From Lytechinus pictus (Eukaryota): a DNA stretch of 64,000 bases. Positions 1-10,586 of the stretch are shown one piece after another (position 1 is the first letter of the stretch; each line of letters starts with the position of its first letter). Made by a program: the position numbers and the translations under genes. A model generated the notes under the pieces. It ran no database searches and had not been told where the DNA came from. It saw only the letters and a list, made by a program, of their open reading frames with translations. Where the stretch lies: NCBI RefSeq assembly GCF_037042905.1, contig NC_087254.1:20026001-20090000 (forward strand), read 5' to 3'.

Positions 1-1013
1 TCCATCGTAAGTTATCATGTTATTATTTTTTAGTTTTATTAAACTTCTATTTATTATGTTGATATCTTAAATCTGATGGCGGTGCGTGTGACATTGAACA
101 GGTTAATATGGTATTCCCGGGCGATAATGTTTGCAAATGATTTTCTCCTGCTAATGCTTTATATTCGTACATCCCCTATAGGCTGAAATCATTCACGAAA
201 TGATTTATAATTACTGTGACTTCTAAATTTGGCCTAATTCGGCGTATTATTTCGATTGTTAAGGCATCAATGCTTATGATGATAGTGGGCTGTGGCACAG
301 TGCCGCCCAGGCTTATTACTGATCATGCACCGTGTTTGCATTTGCATTCAGGAGCTAATAAAAAAATAAATTTGATTTATTTTATTTTCATATTTTGATA
401 TGAGAGATAAAATAAATAAAAATTCCCTTCATAGGCAGAGGCCCAATGATATCAACTGTATGTGTCATTGATTATTGATCTAAAAGTTATGTTAAATTTT
501 ATTGCATTTGAAATTCTGGAAGTAGATTATACTTAGATTTACAAAAAGTTCATATAGACCTTATGAAAGGTATACAAGAATAAGACACTGACACGGATGG
601 GATGGGAAATTTAGACATAGCCACAGCGCAAAAGGTATATTCATAGATGAAAAATGCCATCTTCTCTGGTTTCATACATACCTAATAACAACAAATAATT
701 GTAACAATCAGGCGTATAATAATACTGTTTTGGGGTACACAATGTTCTGACTATAACTATATGTAGATGTGTTTCTTTGTGAATTCTTTTCTCATGTTTT
801 TCCGAAAAGGGAGGAATAAAGGGGTTAACAGAAGTAAGATTGATTAGTTGAAGGAAAAAAAAACATAGCAAGAAAAAATATTATAGATCCGTTAGAAGGA
901 TAAAATGGGAAAGGCAAACTTACATGGAGAAAGATAAAGGGGAAATATATAGTACACTGTTAGAAAATTTTTAATTAAAAAACAAAAATTCCTGCAACGG
1001 AATCTAGAGCACA

Positions 1014-1393
1014 CACTGTAAAAAATGAAGTGCTAATTTAGCACTTACAGTGCTTGTATCATGTGTATAGTGACTGCAGTACGAGTACTGATCTTTGTAT
1101 TGGATGTCCACAGGCGTATCCCGCCACAAGCATGTGCTTATAGGGACCCACGCCTTCTTCTGTACACATTGGTTGTATATATTTATATTCTTTATGGTAA
1201 TTGATTTCATATGAATTCTTGTTAACAAAAATGAAGAAATTTTGTAAAATGGAGGAAAATCAATGTTTATTTGAAATGAAATGAAAAATGAAAATGATTT
1301 TCTAGTTTATATTTGAACTAGAAAATCAGCACTCGTAGTGCAGTCACTATACAAGCACTGTAAGTGCTAAATTAGCACTTCATTTTTACAGTG
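1014..1393. mobile_element. Palindromic CACTG MITE nested in the previous element and interrupted by a retro-insertion
   Basis: Long inverted arms cactgtaaaaaatgaagtgctaatttagcacttacagtgcttgtat / atacaagcactgtaagtgctaaattagcacttcatttttacagtg; same family as the uninterrupted copy at 46673-46839. Confidence 0.75.
1092..1297 (+). mobile_element. 5'-truncated LINE 3'-UTR stub with (TGAAA)n tail
   Basis: Interrupts the MITE centre with short tgat duplication; ends tgaaatgaaatgaaaaatgaaaatga. Confidence 0.5.
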
Positions 1394-1540
1394 TATAACA
1401 ATTTACAAAATAATTTGGTAATTTCTTTCTGTAAAATCTGTTTTTTTATTTTTCTTCTGTAAAATCTTATGGTTTTTTTAACAGTGTATGTGAACCATTT
1501 GAAATTTGCCATTTTCCTGTAAAAAAAAACAAATTTCACC

Positions 1541-4500
1541 TCAATTCAATTCAATTCAATTTCAATTCAATTCATTTTATTGTCATGTATAAAAAACACA
1601 AAAATTGTCCTCGGACTCCTTTCTTAACAAAAAGTGCATTAAAAAAAAAAATAATAATAATCATTCACAAACTATAGATACAATACATCAAAATAATACA
1701 TACATGTAGTATAAATATATCAATAAAATAAATATACATAAATATACCCTGTCTGCATGCTTGAGCACCCACGACACGACACCAACCACTGACCCACTGT
1801 ATGAAACAAAGTGTCACCACAGTGGAACAATGCGATCTAAGGTGGGTACTCAAGCATGCAGACAGGTACCAGGAGCTATTAAGTGGATACATGAATACAT
1901 TAAGTGAATAAATTAGATTAGAATAGTATTGTCTATTATCTCACAAATTTTGCATTATAGCACTTTGATGCCCAATGTATAAAGGACGTTCTGAACCTTT
2001 CTGTTCTCACCCTTGTGAGTCTAATGCGACCAGATCTGTTAAAGACTAGCTCCCCATGGAGCGGGTGAGTTTCATCCTCAACAATGGCATTGAATTTGGA
2101 ACATATCGCCGATTGTACAATTTCTTCCATCTTTGTTAAAGAAATCCCAGTGATCTTGCTTGATTGTGAAACTTTCCTTGCCAATTTGGTCTTGTTTTTC
2201 TCTGTTAGACCACTGAACCAGACAATCGAGCAAAAACATAGCACAGATTGGATCACACTCTGATAGAAGAGTACTAGGGTCTGACTTCTCATGTGAAAAG
2301 ATCTAAGCTTCCTAAGGAAATATAGGCGTTGGTTGCCCTTAGCATAAATTTGTCTTGTGTTTTCGTCCCACTTGAGTTTGTTGTCTACAACCGTTCCAAG
2401 ATACTTATACTCGGACACCTGTTCAATACCATCATCATGAACATATACAGGTGAATGTGGATATTCTCCCCTAGTCTTACGAAAATCAAAAATCATTTCT
2501 TTTGTTTTTTGGGTATTGAGTTCCAATGATGTCTGTTCTGTCCAGGACACAAACTCTTCGATACAGAGTCTATATACCGTTTCATCATTATCTCTGATCA
2601 GCCCTATGATACATGTATCATCTGCATATTTAATAATATGGCAAGATGGGGCATATGAGGGCGGGTTACACAGACTCTGGGTGCCGGTCAAAAGGGTAAA
2701 GATATACGGAGACAACACGCACCCTTGCGGAGCCCCTACATTCAAGCTTCTCTCGCCTGACACGGTATCACCAACACGAACAGTTTGTGATCTGTTTGTC
2801 ATAAAGTCACCTATCCAACAAGATAAATGAGGATTCACATGCATGGTATTGTGTAATACCTCAACCAGATACTGTGGTACAATTGTATCGAATGCTGACG
2901 AGAAGTCAATGAACAATACTCTGGCATAGGTCTTAGCCTCTTCCAAGTGCCTACAAACTGTGTGTGTTAAGAATGCAACAGCATCTTCCACACTTCTGTT
3001 TCTTCTATATGCGAACTGGAGAGGGTCCTGATAGTCTACAGTCTCTTTCATCAAGACTTCTTTCACTATTTTTTCAAAGCACTTCATGATTATGGGAGTC
3101 AGTGCAACCGGTCTGAAGTCATTGAGCACACATGGTTTTGACTTTTTAGGGATTGGAATGATTATAGCTTTTTTCCAGAGGTCTGGAACATGTGAAGTGT
3201 CAAGAGACCATTGAAACAAAAGACAGAATATTTGGGCCAATTGTTGTGAACATGTTTTAAGAAGTCTGCCAGAGATACTATCAGGACCCATAGACTTGTT
3301 CATTTTGACTGTCTCCATAACTCTTCTAACCTTTCCAACATCAACAAGTATTCTTTCACTTAGTGGTAGACACCCTTGTACACCTTCCACCAAATTCCGA
3401 GAATGAAAAATCCTCTCAAAACGACAATAGAATTCATTCAGATTCTGTACAAACTCAAAAACATCATCACCTATGATATTACATTTCTTGCTTCTTACAT
3501 CAAACCCTGTAATCACCTTCAGTCCCTTCCAATCATCTCTTGAGTTTCCTACTTGGAATTTCCTATCTACTTTTTTACCAAATTGTCTTTTCCTATCCTT
3601 GATATATTTCTTAAAGTCTCTCTCAATAGACTTCACTGAATCACCATTCTGAAAGACCTGAACTTTCTTGTGTATGTAGTCTTTGCATTTCTTGTCCACC
3701 CATGGTTTGTTATTAGGGTATATTTTTGTTGTTACCTCAGGGATTAACATATTCTCGCAAAACTTGATGTAGCCTGTGACAACGTTCACTGCCTCGTCCA
3801 GAGATGCTGATGAGTCCACGAGGACATCCCAGTCGGTGCACTCGAAGCAGGCTCTCAATGACTCCGTTGTGTCCTCATTCCACTTCCTTACTTTCCTTGT
3901 TACTGATTTCACACGCTTGAGTTTCTGCCTATATTGCGGAAGTAAGTGGATAATATTATGGTCGGAATTTCCCAAGGGCGGCTTGGCTACAGCCTTGTAA
4001 CCATCACGTACATTCCCATAGCATTTTTCTAATGTGCGGTTCCCTCTGGTTGGTAGGTCAATGTACTGATACAGATAGGGCATTGCAGTATGCAGATCAC
4101 AGCTATTAAAATCACCTAACACAATCTGCACCGAATCTGGTGAAAAATTAGAATTCTGATGAATAGTACTTTGGATTTTTGTGGCAGCAAGATCAACATT
4201 CGCACTTGGTGGGATGTATACAATAGTGACATAAATATTATTAAACTCCCTTGGCAGGTAATGTGGACGAACTGCTATAGAGAGAAGTTCAATGTTTTCT
4301 GAACAGAAGGTATCTTTCACAGTGACGTTACTTTCATGACACCATCTCTCATTAATGTAAACACACACACCACCCCCGGTACTCTTTCCTGATGCTGCTG
4401 TGCGGTCCCCTCTAAAACAGATGAAACCATCCATGGCTGTATCAGTTTCAGTGTCTTTTGATGAAAACCAAGTTTCTGTAAAACACAGTAAGCAGCTATC

Positions 4501-4990
4501 ACGGTACTCATATCTGAAATTCATACATGCCTTCAACTCATCCAATTTATTCCTCAATGAACGACAGTTACCTGTTATTATAGAGGGCAATGGGGGACGA
4601 AAACATCTCCTCCGTAGGCGAGCTCTAACTCCTCCTTTCCTTCCTCTCTTACGTCTCTTCAGCTCCTTTGGAATATCGCAGCTTAGCTCAGGGGCGACCC
4701 TGCCACTCTCGCCGGCAAGCCGAATCAATGATTCCCTGTCGTACGTTATGCGGGTGACCGGAAAAAGCGTCTGTATTCTACTCCCATCGTTTTGTACTAG
4801 TATCGCTGATCAGGCGTTGAGAAGAGTTCCCAACAAGAGAGCAAAAAGCACGTATTTTGCATACATTGTACAGTAAAACCTATCCATATCCATCAAAGAT
4901 CCAATCAATAGCCCCCAGTGATGATGAAAGTGCCAGAAAAATCCCAAAACGAAGAAATATATAAGAGGGACGCATTTTTTTGAAAAATTG
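1541..4990 (-). mobile_element. Near full-length Rex1/Babar-clade non-LTR retrotransposon
   Basis: Single APE+RT ORF, ~400-nt 3' UTR ending (minus strand) in AATAAA followed by (ATTGA)n tail at 1541-1581; 5' boundary approximate; no clear TSD found. Confidence 0.9.
1936..4809 (-). CDS. Rex1/Babar LINE polyprotein: APE endonuclease + reverse transcriptase
   Basis: Rex1-type N-terminus (ITYDRESLIRL...RRKRGRKGGVRARLRRR..RPPLPSIITGNCRSL); EN motifs FTETW, VYIPP, GDFN, SDH; RT motifs FRPVALT, QFAYR, FIDFSSAFDTI, GAPQGCVLSP, KYADD, KYLG; C-terminal HPLH...RTERFRTSF. Frame is open to 4809 (the ORF-track start at 4728 is a TTG); upstream in-frame ATGs (4866, 4887, 4893) lie beyond a TGA at 4810-4812. 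Confidence 0.92.
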   Translation of the reverse strand, partial: SAILVQNDGSRIQTLFPVTRITYDRESLIRLAGESGRVAPELSCDIPKELKRRKRGRKGGVRARLRRRCFRPPLPSIITGNCRSLRNKLDELKACMNFRYEYRDSCLLCFTETWFSSKDTETDTAMDGFICFRGDRTAASGKSTGGGVCVYINERWCHESNVTVKDTFCSENIELLSIAVRPHYLPREFNNIYVTIVYIPPSANVDLAATKIQSTIHQNSNFSPDSVQIVLGDFNSCDLHTAMPYLYQYIDLPTRGNRTLEKCYGNVRDGYKAVAKPPLGNSDHNIIHLLPQYRQKLKRVKSVTRKVRKWNEDTTESLRACFECTDWDVLVDSSASLDEAVNVVTGYIKFCENMLIPEVTTKIYPNNKPWVDKKCKDYIHKKVQVFQNGDSVKSIERDFKKYIKDRKRQFGKKVDRKFQVGNSRDDWKGLKVITGFDVRSKKCNIIGDDVFEFVQNLNEFYCRFERIFHSRNLVEGVQGCLPLSERILVDVGKVRRVMETVKMNKSMGPDSISGRLLKTCSQQLAQIFCLLFQWSLDTSHVPDLWKKAIIIPIPKKSKPCVLNDFRPVALTPIIMKCFEKIVKEVLMKETVDYQDPLQFAYRRNRSVEDAVAFLTHTVCRHLEEAKTYARVLFIDFSSAFDTIVPQYLVEVLHNTMHVNPHLSCWIGDFMTNRSQTVRVGDTVSGERSLNVGAPQGCVLSPYIFTLLTGTQSLCNPPSYAPSCHIIKYADDTCIIGLIRDNDETVYRLCIEEFVSWTEQTSLELNTQKTKEMIFDFRKTRGEYPHSPVYVHDDGIEQVSEYKYLGTVVDNKLKWDENTRQIYAKGNQRLYFLRKLRSFHMRSQTLVLFYQSVIQSVLCFCSIVWFSGLTEKNKTKLARKVSQSSKITGISLTKMEEIVQSAICSKFNAIVEDETHPLHGELVFNRSGRIRLTRVRTERFRTSFIHWASKCYNAKFVR

Positions 4991-5019
4991 GAGGATCATC
5001 AACGGTTTTGATAGATCAA

Positions 5020-5310
5020 AATCTGATGATGGTGATAACAATACTGATAGTGATGGTGATGACGGTGGAGAAGAAGAGGATGATGATGTTAAATGATGAC
5101 GATGACGGCGATAATGACGATGACGGCAATGATGATGATGGGAATTATGATGATGGTGATGATGATGATGATAAAGATAATGATGATGACAACGATTGCG
5201 AATATGACGATGGTGAGGAGGAGGCGGATGATGATGATAATGACGAAAAATGGCGATAATGATGAGGATGGTGATGAAGACGACGACGATGATGATGACG
5301 AAGATGCTTA
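5020..5310. repeat. Degenerate (GAT/GAC)n trinucleotide microsatellite
   Basis: Directly visible; explains the poly-D/poly-M/poly-H ORFs. Confidence 0.9.
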
Positions 5311-5757
5311 TAAAGATAATATTACAAACATAAAAATAATAACAATATATAAAATAACAATAAGACTGAAAAAAAATGTTCACTTTGTATAGCCTTCGTA
5401 ACCGACATTGCACTCAGACTACTATTTATATTAAGCAAAGAATACAAAAACCATGCTCATGTTTCTATGTCTTCTCGTTTCGTTCAGCCCTCATTAATAC
5501 AGTTTATTCGTTTTGCTTTTGTTAAACCGACTCTCATCCGGATGAACTTTTTCTTTTAGAAAAAAGACATTGGAATCGAATGCATCTCAACATTTTCGTA
5601 TTGTAAATAATATTTTTATGTTGGGTGCTATTTGTTTTAAGTGTCCATTTGCTACAAGCTTTGATATAATGATTGCATAGAAATCAACATGATAGTGTAA
5701 TTTGTTTTTCACTCTCTATTTTAAAATTGTTTACAGAGTTAATTGAATAAGTGGATC

Positions 5758-6491
5758 ATGCCTATAGGAGGACGGCGTGCCGGAGGTGGGTTTGGAGGAA
5801 GGCGAGCTGGACATGGATTTGGAGGTCACGGGTTCGGAAACCGTGGCATTGGAGGTCATGGTTTCGGAGGCCATGGGTTCGGAAATCACGGGATCGGAGC
5901 TCGGCATCATTTTCATAATCGGAACAACCGACGTCATCATCGTGGGGGTAACTTCAACCACGGACCCGTCAACGTTGGTATACAGTGGAACAACCAAAAT
6001 GGTGTCAACACTATCTCAGTAGTCGATGGGCCTGGTATACGCGCTCCCAGACAGACGTCATCAAATGCCGGCATCCTCGTACTTTTGGTGATACTGGGCA
6101 CTCTTGGCCTCATAGTCGGCGCAGTTCTCGGAACTCTAGGAGCCTGGACTTACAGTTTCTTGGGCATCGCCGGAATAGTTGGCATTGTAATTGCGGGAAT
6201 ATGCTGGGGTGTTATACTCCTCATCGTAATCTGTCACGCCATTAATCATTCAGACACACCGCCACCAAATGCAGGGGAAACTCAGGCTACAGTTCCTGTC
6301 CAGAACCAGATGGTACCCGCTGTAACCATACAAGGAGGGCCATCGACTTTAGCCTCACAAGGTGTGGATACCACATCATATGTCTTCCAGACCAGTGGAG
6401 TACTGCCTGGAGGACGCCACATGGCACCGCATACTTTCAATATACAGGTCCCACCAAACACAGCCCAGTCATTCCAAAATCTGCTACAAAA
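5758..6491 (+). CDS. Coding exon 1 of uncharacterised 2-TM protein A (Gly/His/Arg-rich N-terminus, two TM helices); ~341 aa when spliced
   Basis: Acceptor ...ttgtttacAG at 5735-36, ATG 5758, GHGFG repeats, two hydrophobic helices, donor AA|GTAAGC at 6492 (phase 2). Confidence 0.8.
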
Positions 6492-7059
6492 GTAAGCACA
6501 GCTCTAGTGTCTTCCTTAAAACACAGGCACTAGCCTTCCTTTTGTTATTTTTTATCTTAAAAAATTAATGTCAAGTTCAAGCGCCCAATAGCAAGCTGAT
6601 GTCGTTAGGTGGAAATGAATAAACAAACAAGCATAATACTCAAAACTCAATAAAAAAATGAATGTTGTAACCTAGCATGTTCCCGACGGGAGCTTTTTTT
6701 CTTTCTTTTTAATTTTACCAGTAGCGAAATATATTTGCTTTCTCAGATAATACAATTTCAACGACGTGAATGTGTGACATTATCGTCTCTCTTGCATCGT
6801 GTGTGTTGTTCATAAATATATATAATTGCTGTCTTTTTCTGAAGTATTTCATTTAAAATGCAGTGACCTGCAGCACTGCTTACTTTACATCCGACATTCA
6901 GAATTCATTAAGTAAACTTTGAATTTTCTTTTCTTATTCAATTCAAGTGATTTAAGGGATGGGATTGAACATTAGAGCTTCCTTTTCTATTTTTATTGCT
7001 GTATTAAAATCTAAGTAATGTTTTCGTTATTTCGTTTTTATCTCACTGACATCATTATA

Positions 7060-7150
7060 AAAGTGATGATGATGATGATGATAATAATAATAACAATAAC
7101 AATAATAGTTATAATAATAATAATAATTATTATAATAATGATAATGATGA
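7060..7150. repeat. Intronic (ATG)n/(ATA)n microsatellite
   Basis: Directly visible; produces the poly-I/M part of ORF 7018-7479. Confidence 0.9.
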
Positions 7151-7187
7151 AAATAATTTTGACGAATATCATTTTTATCCATTTCAG

Positions 7188-7479
7188 CTTCCCAGGGTCA
7201 CCCAACCCATCTCCTGTACCAAACGAATCTCTCCCGTACCCACCAACCTCGAGTAACGCGCCAGGCGTAGACCCTACACCGATATACCCTGGAGTTAACA
7301 TGGCTACGGCACCGCCAATGGGCTACCCATTCGCCCGTCCTCCACCACCCGATACCAGCAACAAGGGCGTGGTCGAACCCACCCCAGAGGTAGAAGACAT
7401 GCCCCCTCCCCCGTCCTATGATGATGCAGTAACGGGAAAGGTGGAACTCAACGAGACCAGTGATGTTGGGAAGACCTAA
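7188..7479 (+). CDS. Coding exon 2 of 2-TM protein A (Pro-rich tail with PPxY motif)
   Basis: Acceptor tttttatccatttcAG at 7186-87; phase matches exon 1 (AA|C = Asn, then FPGSPNP...); contains MPPPPSYDDAV; stop TAA 7477-79. Confidence 0.8.
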
Positions 7480-7687
7480 GGGTACGGTGAACCCTGGTTT
7501 TAAAATATGCCGATATTAAAAGAGTCGACGACAATCTATTCGTCGGAAAACACAAACACACATTCGAAACGTATAAACAAAATAATTTAAAGTGGAGACT
7601 AGACTCAACATCCTGGTAAGAAGCAACCGTGATACATGGGTGAATCTAGTCTCATTACTTCAGACTCTGTACTATGCAGTATGTTAA

Positions 7688-7972
7688 TAATAATAATACC
7701 ATCATGCTTATATAGCGCATATTACTGCCAAATGCATCCCTATGCGATTCATTGGATATTATTACCATGGCTTTAGCCCCGCAGCCTTTTACAGCGCGGT
7801 GTCATTTCAAGGAATAAATTCCTGCCAGGTACCCATTTACCTCATCTGGGTCGAGTGCAGCACAATGTAGACAAATTTCTTGCCGAAGGAAATTACGCCA
7901 TGGCTGGGATTCGAACCCACGACCGTCTGTTTCAAAGTCCGAAGACTAATCCGCTGGGCCACAACGCTCCAC
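7688..7972 (-). mobile_element. tRNA-derived SINE, full length
   Basis: Minus strand begins gtggagcgttgtggcccagcgg (A box)...gggttcgaatccc (B box), conserved core gcactcgacccag..g..aatgggtacc, (TTA)n tail; TSD tgttaa at 7682-87 and 7973-78. Confidence 0.9.
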
Positions 7973-9798
7973 TGTTAAAACCAACGGTCTATGCCTGCAG
8001 ATTTGTCAATTTATGATCATGTTGACGACGACGACGATGAAGAATATGATCAAGCGATATTTGACTCACCCTTTATCTTGTTAACCAATGGATGTTTTTA
8101 CGTTTAATGTTTTACGGAGTTCGACTTGGGTTCGGTTGATAAATATTACGCTAAACATTAGAATCAAAGGGGTACGAAATATGCGGGGACAAATCGACTT
8201 CAAGTTCAGACCTATCAATATACCGGCTGAAATGAAATTCATGTTGTATGTTATTCTTCATGTATAGATATTTATTTTCCATGTATTTCTTTTCATCCAC
8301 AAAAGAGTGATCCAGGGAAGGATCATTAAATCGTTAAACAATTTAAGTGAATATATAATCCGTTCATATTTTACTTTGTAATTTTGATATATATATAAAT
8401 AAAGGAAAATGCCGTAGCTGCTATACTTCACCCTACGATTTCCATCACAAAACAAAAGAAAAAAAAACATATAACAAAAAAAAAAAAAAAAAAAAAGGAA
8501 GCACCATATTACTTATATGTCAGATTATTATCATTTTTTCATCAGGGATCATGTAAAGCATTTATTTTTCTATTCCAACGAATCATGTGATAATGATGAT
8601 AATATATATAGCTCAATTTTACGAGCACATGAAAGAAGGACTGGTGCGCTATTATCATCATTATACCTTGCATGTATGACAAGAACATTACGGTCTACCT
8701 TCAATTGTTTGTCGTGTGTATTTTTAATTGCCTACTTATCATTATTTTGTAATATTACTGAATAACATTATTCTAAAAAAATAATGAAGTGTATTTAGAG
8801 CAGTGATTGTTAATTGTTTATAAACTTTAATTACATGTATATTACATCCCTAAAATTACGTTCTAGACTTTGGCTGATTCCCCTAAAAAATTTGTACTAA
8901 ATTTGAATAATAAATATAAGAAACATTTATAAAAAATAATATGATTAGATCTTGTTTTTCAATATTTCTTTCGCCTTGTTAAAATAAAAGAGAGATTACT
9001 TAAATGATTTCATTTCTACAATCCTATCGACGTTAAATATCGATCTTACGGTACACTTTCCATATCGATTTGTGGTCTATTCTTAGAGCACTTTCCAGAT
9101 GACGTAACAAAGGAATTAAAATATCGATTGCCATCTCAAGACATTGTTTGCAATATCAGTAAGATCGCCCTTCTACCCGAAAAGACCGACCGCCCCGTTT
9201 ACCGCAATCTATTTACGTGTACGATAAGTGATCGTTTTGCAACCTCGTTGCGTTTTTAAGTCGTCATCCACAAGACGAATGGAGTCATTTAAGAAAAAAT
9301 AAATTAGGAGGAGGGTGGAAACCCTACAGATGAAGTGTATACTCACCGAGAAACTTCTAACCAAAATTACTTAATTTGCGACGTTCAAGTTAGCATTTGA
9401 GCTATGATTATACAGGGGTGGATTATACGACACATTGTACATCAATAGTGCAAAGGTGAACAATGTGATTGGAGTATTTTCACCAGAAATACAAGTTTAT
9501 CGTCATTGGATCAGCTGCTTTATGGTAAGTTGACTTGGTTATTGTTATGCCTAATTAGAGTACAGTTTCCACAAATATTCATAATTATATCTCCATTTAC
9601 AATCATGTATGTGAAAATTTGTGTATAAACATCCTATGTTTGTATACTAATCTCATCTGTTCTCAATATACATGTTCTGTTTCCTTGGGAGTGTAAACTA
9701 TGAAATGATTTTTTTCTTGGTAATGACAGTCTGTGGTGGCGCTGGTAGTAATTTATTTATCCATTTTATATTTATTCATTTACTTTTTATAGTAGAAT

Positions 9799-9831
9799 CA
9801 TGGAGCTATAAAACACTGTAATAGCTCCATG
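9799..9831. mobile_element. Ultra-short 33-bp palindromic insertion
   Basis: 11-bp perfect arms catggagctat/atagctccatg flanked by gtagaat/gtaggat direct repeats. Confidence 0.45.
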
Positions 9832-9934
9832 GTAGGATAGCGCCATCGGTAATTGAAATACTGTTTTACATGGGCCCCGGCATACTATAAAAACACATAC
9901 ATGAGGATAGATAGTGAATGGATGTGTTGTTATA

Positions 9935-10157
9935 AATGATGATGATGATGAAGACGATGCTGCTGATGATGATAGTGGTGGTGACGATGGTGGTGGTGTT
10001 GTTGGTGGTGTTGGTGGTGATATAGTTGTGATGATGATGATGATTATATTATTGATGGTGATCATGATGATGATGGTGGTGGTGGTGGTGGTGGTATTGG
10101 TTTTGATGATTGTGGTGGTGATGATAAGGATGATTATTATGGTTGTGGTGGTGGTGA
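9935..10157. repeat. (GAT)/(GGT)n microsatellite running into an assembly gap
   Basis: Directly visible. Confidence 0.9.
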
Positions 10158-10310
10158 NNNNNNNNNNNNNNNNNNNNNNNNNNNNNNNNNNNNNNNNNNN
10201 NNNNNNNNNNNNNNNNNNNNNNNNNNNNNNNNNNNNNNNNNNNNNNNNNNNNNNNNNNNNNNNNNNNNNNNNNNNNNNNNNNNNNNNNNNNNNNNNNNNN
10301 NNNNNNNNNN
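10158..10310. other. Assembly gap (N run)
   Basis: N characters. Confidence 1.
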
Positions 10311-10586
10311 TGCTCAGGAGAGTGTAAAATGTCAACGAAGTTTGTTATTTGTTTATTATAATTTTACTCATTTGCAGGTGGACATGACGGAAGACCAAAC
10401 CTTGGAGATACATGCTGATCAACCCTGGATTTCCAAAACATTCATATCAATAGTTATAATGAAATAAACTTCGTGTCAACCGAATGATCTCACAATAAAC
10501 TCTGTGGACCATCATTCCCTGAAACCTGGAAACTGTGACTCCTTAAACAGATTTTTTGTCACCTTTTTGGAGTTGTACAAACAAAA

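Larger units (their letters stand above)
955..1486. mobile_element. Non-autonomous TIR element (CACTG termini, CMC/EnSpm-like MITE), host of nested insertions
   Basis: Termini CACTGTTAGAAAA / TTTTTTAACAGTG flanked by TA on both sides (953-954, 1487-1488). Confidence 0.6.

Noticed and set aside
3807-3825. CTGATGAGTCCACGAGGAC resembles a hammerhead ribozyme core plus stem II
   Set aside because: Followed by ATC rather than GAAA; lies antisense within RT-element coding sequence.
2516-4876. Plus-strand ORFs overlapping the Rex1 ORF
   Set aside because: Antisense shadows with no recognisable motifs.
4880-5413. Poly-His/Asp/Met/Ile ORFs here and at 7018, 9787-10335, 16876-17203
   Set aside because: Translations of trinucleotide microsatellites or N gaps.
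5758-5960. Gly-rich plus His-rich region recalls Sp185/333 (Transformer) immune proteins
   Set aside because: No signal peptide or RGD, and two TMs are present; compositional similarity only.
6492-6495. In-frame stop overlapping the splice donor in genes A and B as a special mechanism
   Set aside because: Any phase-2 intron starting GTAA/GTAG/GTGA produces this automatically.
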